In this document: piece after piece, positions 54,781-64,000 of the stretch
How the letters are laid out: every line of letters starts with the position of its first letter
Numbering within the stretch: the stretch's first letter is position 1
From: Phallusia mammillata
Lineage: Eukaryota
Assembly (NCBI GenBank): GCA_965637545.1
Contig: OZ281495.1
Span: 3,720,001 to 3,784,000 of the forward strand
Direction of reading: 5' to 3'
Length of the DNA stretch: 64,000 nucleotides
Position numbers and translations under genes: made by a program
Notes under the pieces: generated by a model
Told to the model about the DNA's origin: nothing
What the model saw: only the letters and a program-made list of their open reading frames with translations
Databases searched by the model: none

Positions 54781-55541
54781 TCACTTGTTCATATTTTCTA
54801 TGTTGTTTTGCAAACCCATCTCACTTCTTGCAATCTTTTTTTTTCTTTTTTCCTCAGTTAAGTCCTCGGCTGATTTGTAAACTTCGATTGCTTTCGTGAA
54901 ATATTCGATTGCTTCTTTGAATCGTGAAGTTTCCTCGCAAACAACACCAAGATTGTTAAACAAGGTACCATAGACTTCATATTTCGAGCTTTTATTCCCC
55001 AAGTTTGTTTCCATTAGTTCAATTCCAAGTTTTATTGTTGTTTCCATCGATGCCAAATCCCCGATGTAATATTGACTCAGTTCAATGTAATTCAAACACC
55101 AAACCTTCCCTAATAATCGAATTTCTTCGTTTATTTGAAGGTCACAGATTTGCTGAATCATATCACGCATTAGTGGGATCACATGATCGCTCACGATTTC
55201 TCTGTTTCTCGACTTTGAAGATGAATCAGAATTTTCCATTAAAAGTTCGATTGTTTCCTGAATTTCCTCCGCACACTCAACTACACTTTCCGCTGCAGCG
55301 ATGTCGGGATTTTTTCTCACATAGAAATCTGCTGCAATGCTAAGGAGTAAAATGGTTTCCAAATTCTTGCCGTCATCTCTTAATTTTGTGGCTGTTTCCT
55401 CCAAGTCTTCCGCAGTGACCCCTGGTTGACTTTCGAATGACTTTGAAATCTGCTGTTTTATGGTTTTTGCTTCCTCATACTTTTTTGTTTTTAATAATTC
55501 AACATAATTTAGGATTTGTTGATTGAAGTGATCACTTTCAC
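54781..55541 (-). CDS. TPR-like domain terminal exon (kinase-2 gene model)
   Basis: 253-codon exon with phase-1 acceptor tgcttttag|GT GAA AGT; TPR motif GTLFNNLGVVCEETSRFKEAIEYFTKAIEVY. Confidence 0.9.
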
Positions 55542-55781
55542 CTAAAAGCAAAAAAAGTTGTTATTTGCAAAAACTGGAGAACGTAAAACAGGTTTTGTGT
55601 TGTTAATAGAAACGGAAAACATATGTCGTTTTACTTTAACAAAAACGTCCCAATGTGATTTTTCAATGAACACGGATGGTTTTTAATAAAACAACACGAT
55701 TTACGCACATGGTCGCATCCAGCGCGGACTTTTTGTGTCAAACCTCATGCTAAGAATGCTGATAAAATCAATTCAATTAAC

Positions 55782-56774
55782 TTTTGTTGAAGTTTTGACA
55801 GATAGAAAGGGGCTGTTTGCTTTCGTTATACAATAAAAGATTTGGGTCGGTAGGCAAATCTAATTTTGAATTTGCAGCGTATTAATCTGTAGACCCAAAT
55901 CAAACAATATTATCCTACAACTATTGACTTTGAATGTCAGGGAGTGTTACTGATTGTAAGTATAGTCCTCCAAGGCCATCAGTGAAACTGCAGATCACAA
56001 AGCTGTTGCTCATTTACAACGGCAAACACAAAAAGCATGTATCGTTAAACAAATGCTGTGATTCTGGTACCTGTTTGCTCTGTTCTGACGAGTCTAGGAA
56101 TGTGTTGCGATGAAAAAAGCGGTGTTTGAGTTTGAGCTCCCTCTTCACCCCGGTTGCTTGCATCTCTGCTTTGATCTAAACACATTAAAAGACTTTAAAT
56201 ACGTTTGCTACTTTTTAGTTTAACTTTGGTTGTTTTTTGTACCTAGTTGTTGTGCTCTGCTCGTCGTGAGAATATGGCTTTCATGTGAAGACGAAGATAC
56301 TTGCTGTTGTGCGCCCTCTATAGGTTCACGTACATATTCTAGTGATGTGATGATGCGGACACTTTCCTCTGTAGTTTCGAGGAAGCGTCCCACTCCTGTG
56401 CTTGAAGAACTGCTGGAATCTAACACGAAAATAAAAAACCTTGCGACAAACCTGAAACATTTTTTGGTATATTTACTTTTGTGTAAAATTGGTACTTATT
56501 TTTTATACCAAGTAGGGGACTCTTCCCTGAAACTTCGACAGAAGATGTTTGCAGTTGTGTGATTTCTATAGAGGTGTTGGTTTTGCAAAAACAACGTTTA
56601 ATTGTAAAAAGAATATACATATAACGTAATCAGTGTGTTGCTTACCCGTGTGCTGTGATCTGCTGCTGGTGGTAGGAGTTTTTACTTGTCGAGAAGGAGA
56701 TTGTGCTTGTGCTAGTGTGCCCTGTGTTGGGTTTGTGGTTTGTTCCTCAGAGCCGCTGGATGAAGTAGATGGGA
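55782..56774 (-). CDS. Ser/Thr/Gln-rich symmetric phase-1 linker exons of kinase 2
   Basis: Exons 56774-56646 (129 nt), 56565-56509 (57), 56419-56243 (177), 56175-56071 (105) and candidate 55859-55782 (78). All lengths are multiples of 3, with AG/GT boundaries and no stops. Confidence 0.78.
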
Positions 56775-56800
56775 CTGAACATTAAAACAGTTTATTAAAA

Positions 56801-56896
56801 AAGGATGCTGAATGATCCGGCGCGCTTGACACATATACACACATTAAAAACCTGATCGGGATTCGTCCCCGGAAGTGGCCTAGGTTCGAACCCCGT
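56801..56896 (+). mobile_element. Second tRNA-derived element, in a kinase-2 intron
   Basis: Shares aaaaacctgatcgggattcgtccccgg...ggttcgaaccccgt with 16930-17032; A-box degenerate. Confidence 0.65.
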
Positions 56897-56934
56897 AAAA
56901 GATGATTTAACTAATGTTTTGTTAGTGGTTTTAC

Positions 56935-58167
56935 CTTCGAAACGACCAGTTCTTGGGGAAAAGTAATGAAGCGGTACGCGACTTTCTGCGTTGAATGGAT
57001 GGTTTACAACCATTTCCCTGGCAACACTTGACACTTGGGAACGTAGACTTTCGGGGTTTTGTTTTTTTAAAAGTTTTTTCAAATCGATGTTTATTTCGGT
57101 CATTGTGGGACGTTTTGTTGGATCTTGATCCCAGCATCTCTCCATCAATAGTTGGAGTTGCTCTGCGATTTCTCTGTCTTCACCGACCAAAGTTTGCATC
57201 CAATCCTGTATTTCCTGGCAGTCTGGTCTTTTGCCTTTCATAATTGCGTCAAGCAATCGGTTTTGATCTCCACGTGGATAGGGATGTTTGCGAGAAAGTG
57301 CCATGTGGATTGTCATTGCAAATCCGTAAACATCGTGTTCTTTAATTGGCTTCATGGTGGGATCCTTCAGTTTTTCAGGAGCGGTGTAGTAGGGAGTGTA
57401 TTGGGGTCTGTCTTTTTTGCTTCGTTTCAACGGATTCATAGTTGCCAAAGTACTATAAGTTGCCAATTCCGCGCTACCAAAGTCGCCGACCTTGCATTGG
57501 AGCTCTTCAGTGAGCATAATGTTTTCGGGTTTTAAGTCCTCATGTATCAAACGTTTGCCGGGTAAATTGTGACAGGAAGCCATTGCCGATGATGTTTGGG
57601 ATAAGAAGCGAACGAGCACAGCAAGGCTCAGTTCTTTGGATGTATCAAGAAGTAGCTCTCTGAGGTTGCCACCTTTACAGTATTCCATTACAATGCCCAT
57701 TGTGAAAGGCCATTTGACGTAACCAAGAACCCGAACGACATTTTCATGATCTGCTTTCAGCAAGTGTTGAATTTCTTCTTTAATTCTAGGAATATTATTT
57801 AATATCAACGTGTAAAAATTTTGACCAAAATATCTTTTAACATACATTTTTTCCAGACGCGCCTTCTCCCGTGGTCCACCAGTGATTGCAAAAACTTTGA
57901 TAGCAACTTCTTGCTTTAGACCTTCATGGTAACCCGTTATGACATCCCCGAAACCTCCTGAACCGGCCTCGTAGGAATTAGGATCACACGTGATGTCATC
58001 ACTGGCAATTTCTTTCAACTGTATTTTTTAGTAAAACGGTTTTAATGACATTTAAAATCCAAAGGTAGTAAATTTTTAAGCAAAACAAAATATGTTTGTA
58101 AAAAATTCTGAACACTGAAAGTTCATTATATATCAAGAATTTTACTTACTTCATTTGTTGAAGACAT
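56935..58167 (-). CDS. Kinase 2: non-RD TKL/RIPK-like Ser/Thr kinase
   Basis: Exons 58167-58150 (MSSTNE), 58018-57846 (173 nt, same length as in kinase 1) and 57785-56935 (HEDLKPEN, DFG, APE, RCW...RPT). The donor after FEG matches the kinase-1 donor after FYG. Confidence 0.93.
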
Positions 58168-61100
58168 GATGAGATCAATATCAGTTTTTTAAGCTTTTTC
58201 TGCGCTTGTGGATGCTAAAAACAGTTTCAATCAAATGCCTTGCTTCTCAAAGTTCTGCCTTATCAACTGTTACTGTTACTGAGTGAAACAGTTGGTGCCA
58301 GCTAAATTTTAACAGATTATTTTTCACCAAACTGGTGACAGACGCCAACGACCTAATTGTTTTGCAACATACATTCAAATCCCGCTTAATCTGAAGTGAT
58401 GTTAACAAAACGTCCTTTTTGTTATGGGCTTACTTTGATGCTTCGTGCGTTGGAACTGCCGTTCAGCAAACAAAAGCCACAATGAAAAAGCGGCAGTTTA
58501 TGGCTGTCGCGTCGCAAAACGTCAAAAGGTTGAAAACATAAAAATATACGAGATTCTGCCGCCGAACAGCTAGAAGGCCGTAAAGTTTTATTGAATTGTT
58601 CTGCTTAATTTTGTGTTTTGCTGAAATTAATAGGTAAAAAACACCCGGGAATAATGTTTTAGGTACAGCAAAAACCGAATCCATGACAATCAGAAGTTCC
58701 ACAAATTAAATGATTTTTAGTGCAGGTTTGAGTCATTTGCTGATTGCAAGTTTGTGCAAATTACCTGGTTTTAGGAACCACTAGCCGAGCTTTACCAGCG
58801 GCCTGCATGTCAGAATTGTGTTGTAAATATTTAAAATGATAGCAAATTCAGTATACAACCAGATAAAGCGGAAACGCTTTCAACACAGATAGTGTACTTG
58901 ATAGGAATACACAAAACGTCTGTAACAAGAGGAACTACAAGGTATCGCTATTTTAACACCGTGAAAAGTGTTCTATGTATTTTTGGATCAATGAGTGCGA
59001 AACACCAACCGAAATGGGCCTGTATGCGCAATGATATAAAAGCCAGACCATTACAGTATCTACCCAATTGCAAACACTTTTACTGCCTTACAGACCATAA
59101 AAACCCCATAACAAAACAATCGACGACCATTGTCTGTGAACTGTTAATTCGGATCGCTGTGCTTTGCAGTTTATGATCGCACCGACCTCAACCACGTTTA
59201 CCGTCCACCATGAAAAGTTCGCATGACGTCTGCGCAAGTCATTTTTGCGTGTTGTTCCGTTTAATTTATTCTGAGTCAAATTCTTTACATGCGAAATTCA
59301 CTGCAACGAAAAACATCTTTTCATGTTGCTTACACTATCTATGTTTTTAGAACGGTGTTACTTAACCACCCAAATTTGTTAAAAAGATTTAACACGCTGA
59401 AAAGATTTGTACACTTCCTCCAATATCAACACACACACACCTCAATATCAACACGAAACTTGTTTGCTTATAGGTTCGCTTAACCTTATGTTTTCCGTGT
59501 TATGATTCTTCACAACTTAATGACAAGTACCTATAGAGGTTAGATGTTTGTCGAAAAACTACGCGTCCGCGGGAATACTTACGTTTACTGTGTATGATAC
59601 AAAGTTTAGTTTAAAATGAAGTTTGCCGATGATTACCGCTCTCTACACAAATATAATCCAAAACCTTCGAAACAAAATCAACCGTTGTACACAGTAACAG
59701 AATAAAGTTTACCAATTTTTTATGTAATGTTCAGTTCTTGTGAGCACAAATACAGCATTGCTATAAAAGCGATAAAATAGTAAAATAGCAAAACAATAAA
59801 AAGTAAAACATGCTGTCGGCATAAAATATCCAACTATAGTGAAAAATTATTCCAGAGTGTACGAAGAACTGTTATCGGACTGTCAAGTCTGCTGCAGGTG
59901 TGTTGCAAACAGAAAGACATAGAGGTGTAGAATACGATAAGAAAGTAATAAGGTTAATGGAAAACGGATTTAACGAACATGCTGTAGAATCATGCGCTGG
60001 ATGTTTTTTTTGGCGTTGGTCAACGCCAACCGCTTTGCTGCGCGATCACTGTGTCACCTTGTTGCAAACGATTTTCGTTAGTAATTATTTTCACTAGTTG
60101 CATGCTCCACCGGCAGCTCGTTTTACTATGTTAACCTGTTTGCCGGTTTGTGTTTCATTTCTTCACTTCCACGATATTCGCTCACACTTCCAATGCTGAA
60201 ACTGCAAATACCGTGCGATTTTTTATAGATGCTACCGTTCATGTTTTGCCGATCCAGGAATAGACCTTTAATTAAACATACATAATTTGTTTGTTAGTCT
60301 ATTGATTTGTGCCACTGATGTTTAATATTGTAGCGCACGTAACTCTTAACGGAGAGCCTTTGTGTGATTATTTTTCATCTTATCCCGCTGCTCTTGTACA
60401 CTTTCGTTTGTGCCCGCATATGTCATTCATTGCCCTGTAGAAGCATTATACCAGTGGTTCTTAACTGGGGTTCAATCGAAGCCGAGGGGTTCGGCAACGC
60501 CAAATCAGCGGTTCGACGATTGTCTTTTTAAAGCACAATACAAACACTCGTTTTTGTCAAACTTTAGGGTCTATAGTCGCTAAAAACGGCAATTTGTATT
60601 TGCTAAATGTCAAAACACTGGAAGGTGTAGCGGTCACGTGCTTTTAAACCATCATTTTGACACTTTGGTTTGGCTAAGCATTAAGTAATGGAAAATTTTA
60701 ACTTTGCAACCATGACTTTTCGTTACATGGAATTTATATGCTGCTTTTGCGACTTATTGTATCGGGCGGTGTAACTTTACTGTTCCATGTGTTCTCATGA
60801 TTCAGTAACTATTGGAAGCACATATTCAGTGTCGTTGTTACATGTCCCCGTCTTCCTCATATGTTCCAACAGCCTGACCATAAGACAGGCTGTTGCGTAA
60901 ACCGGATGTTTCGAAATAGTTGTGCAATTCATTGCAGTGCTGCAAATCTTTGCAAGCGTTTAACTTAAACAAACTAATAACTGATGTGAGTAAAAGAAGG
61001 TACTGTTCTGGAATGATCGCACGAAAAACGAGTATCAGTTTAAAAGCCAATGTTTATCGTTGATCCCTCTCTTTTCCATCGTATTCTTTCCTTGAGATAA

Positions 61101-62747
61101 ATGAGACTCGATGCGTGTTGCGTAACCAGAATAAAAGACAAGAACTAAACTGATCTTTTGTGGGTCATGTCGGCTCTATGCAGCAAGCGTTGAGAATCGT
61201 AATAATGAAGTTACTCGCTACTGCAGACGACCGATACGAGCCACGAGAAGCAGAGGAAGTATCAAGCTTTCAATTAAACAATAACACGCGAGCACGGGCG
61301 CGCACGCTAGTCCCCGCAAAGGTTAAACTTAGACATGGGTGTTTTAAACTGGTCTAAACAGTTTTTGTGGTACTAAAAAGAGTATTATCTGCCTAATAAC
61401 CATTTGTGTCACACTTTTTTGTACGTCTATTGTGTGCCAACAATGCGAACAAAACAGATACCACAAGCATCATAATATAGATTATGACATCATAAACACT
61501 TAAGACTGATCTACTCGCTGTTCAGCCCAATCTATGCACCGAGCTAGAAATTAATCTGGGCATTTTGGGCGCTATTAGATGGTAAATACATAATATAAAC
61601 CAAGTATTTTAAAACAAAAATAAGCCGGTAAATCGTGGCAGTTGGTGAAATAAGAACCTGCGATGCGACCGTCCTAGCAAAATGGTTGTGCAAAGAGCAT
61701 TGTTCGTGTTGTTCGTAAGCAGAAACACAACGAAATTTTGTTGGCAGCAAAAACTGATTACTTCATCTTTTTCATGTTTGTGTACAGATGCTAAAATACA
61801 ATGCTTCATTTTGGTAAAAACTAAAAATTGCCGAAATTAAAGCAATCATGAAACAAGTTGCTAATTGAATTTTTCAAATTGAAAAGGAAAGGGAAAAATA
61901 TGCCGAGGCTTCATCACAATTTTTAATGCAAGCGCTAAGCCAGTTTGATAATTTGTGACTGGCTTAGCGCTGAATCACAAAGTCACGAATATGTCTTCGG
62001 GGCCACTGACAGCGTATTTGCAAGTTTTTGTGATTTTGCAATTTTGATTAAGACAGATTTAAATCTGCAGTAAAACTGCGACATTGGTCTTTTTAATGAC
62101 TTAATTCACGTAAAGTACAAACGATTTCTACTTGAAGTGAAAAGTTAAATAGAAAAAAAAGAAAAAAATGCGAAGCAAAATCTGTATGGCACCACACATG
62201 TTACAAAATAGTCACTGTGCTGAGCTGTGACATAACGACGAGGAAGAAAAATCATTTGATTTAATGACCTTTAGCATAAAACACGAAAAAGCGTTTCCCG
62301 TTGCCTTTTTCACAAATTTGGTTGACTTTCGGCGTTCTATCTCACTTCACATCGATTCAAACGCAGTTGCGTATCTTCTGTGTTCGTACCAATCCGAGTG
62401 AATATTCAGTTTATGTGTATTAACGGTGGCGCGTCAGGCAGATCTAGTGGGTAAACACTAGATTGCCACAGGTCAGTCTGTTGCGCATTGGCAAACAAAA
62501 ATGTCACCTGTTACCAATGAACGTCGACCACGTGACATGAATGTGACTTCAGTGTCGTTTTGTTACCCCGGACAGAGTTTACGACACAATTTTCACATGA
62601 CTGCCACCCTCTTTTTCAATTTTAGAAGTAAAATGTGAAATGTGAACAGGGTTAAGATATTTCGTGGTTGGCTGGAACAAGCTACAATAGCTTTCGTATT
62701 TCGAAATTCCGCCATAGTTGAATATTATTTCGTGGAGACCTTTTCTT

Positions 62748-63919
62748 CTATAAATTGACCGAACCGCCTCTTGCATCGATGTTTGTCACTTGGCTCGGTC
62801 CAGTTGGAGCTAAAGATAGAAATTGGAGTTAATAGCATTTTTGAAAACTTACACTTATCGGTATTTTAGTGTTGCAAATGAGATTGGATACCCAAGACAG
62901 AAGTCAAGTCAGACATCAAGTTTAAAACAAAACAAATCTAAATTTAAGGCAAAGAAAAAATACTGCAGTGAGTAAGATGCTTTTAAAGTGTTTTACCCAA
63001 ACCTATACTTTCCAATAACCTTCAGCATTTTAATGACAACAGGCAACACGAGTTCCACAGGTACAAAGATTTAATACAAGTAATAATATGATACTGTTTG
63101 TTTTCAATTGTGCAGTTTTTGTTTATAATATTGACTTTCAACTGAATAAGTTGAGACTGTTTAAAACAAGCAGTATCCCACTTAAATGACATTTTTCCAA
63201 GAAGACAGACTTGACAATATCTTTTAGATTTGGATTGTTAAAACTGATCTCCGGTTTGACCTTCTGGCTTCTGTGTTTCCAGTTTTCGTTGGCTGGTCTT
63301 GTCAGGCGAAACTGCCAGGGGTCTCTAATATTTTTTAGTGTAGCGACATGCTCGTTGGGCCCCGCCTCTGTATTTTCAGCACTTACTTTGATCTGGACGT
63401 CTTCCTTTTGGTTTCTGTATTTGGTTTTACTCATATATGATGGATGATTTTGCATGTACAAACCAAAAACGATTAATTAGCCACTAGATAGCGGTATATA
63501 GAACAAGTGATGTATCACAGCATGCGTGTTTGATTTTATTTTTACACTTTTCTTTCACGAAAATTTGCTTTTCATTTGTTTTTTTTTAATTGAAGCCTAT
63601 TTGTTAATGTCTATCCTCTATAATAACGATGTTTAGCCATATTTGTCGGAATTTGCCGCTAAAAAAAACACGAAAACGAAAAAAACACGACATAAAAGAG
63701 CACCCTTCATTTGCACAGACAACTAACCTAAGCAGCACGGTCATATCAAAAGCTGAATTAAGCGGCTTCACATCTTTTGTTGACTCAACGTTGTCACAAA
63801 TAAACACATGTGTCACAATTTCGGATACGATGTCTTCCTCGTAAGGAGAAACTGCCAAGATGATTGGCATATCTTTCATTAAACCAATAAACTTTCCAAC
63901 AGTGCAAATTCCTTTAAAG
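62748..63919 (-). CDS. 3' exons of a second ZU5-UPA gene (5' part beyond the window)
   Basis: Exons 63919-63728 (192 nt), 63414-63182 (233 nt) and 62809-62748 (62 nt) have exactly the same lengths as in the 18-19 kb paralog. Open frame, with many synonymous differences (e.g. agc ttc aat / agt ttt aac). Confidence 0.85.
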
Positions 63920-64000
63920 CTTGGAAAAAAAAAATTGGAATTTAAGATAATTACTAAGGGCATGTAAACAAAATAGTAAAGGACGTACAAGCTATAGTGG

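Noticed and set aside
55945-55987. Alternative terminal exon for kinase 2 (VSLMALEDYTYNQ*)
   Set aside because: Possible, but the acceptor context is weak and a better phase-compatible path to the TPR exon exists. Kept only as the refuting alternative.
60838-61050. 70-aa minus-strand ORF as a possible exon
   Set aside because: No recognisable domain, no paralog in the window, and no supported splice partner.

Overview
AT-rich eukaryotic DNA with many short GT-AG introns, consistent with a compact invertebrate (possibly tunicate-like) genome; the taxon is inferred, not shown. The core is a repeat-rich minus-strand cluster of signalling genes that looks immune/cell-death related and is evolving by duplication and decay. 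It holds two paralogous non-RD TKL/RIPK-like kinases with identical N-terminal exon structure. Through symmetric phase-1 exons, one is joined to CIN85/CD2AP-type SH3 domains (33.9-29.1 kb) and the other to a TPR-like domain (58.2-54.8 kb). There is also a second linker+TPR unit (23.8-20.4 kb), two TPR remnants, and two paralogous ZU5-UPA genes (20.0-17.9 kb and 63.9-62.7 kb) whose ZU5 exons are absent from the ORF track. Interspersed is a family of duplicated multi-kb units (about 6.2 kb where complete) on the + strand with conserved splice-like signals. Mobile DNA includes a degenerate Ty3/gypsy element (about 48.5-54.1 kb), hAT MITEs with 8-bp TSDs, LINE and integrase fragments, and tRNA-derived elements. 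A 4.5-kb LTR element (38185-42679) lacks gag/pol and carries the C-terminal part of what looks like a herpesvirus gB-like (class III) fusion glycoprotein. All family assignments are by-eye motif recognition; no database searches were run.
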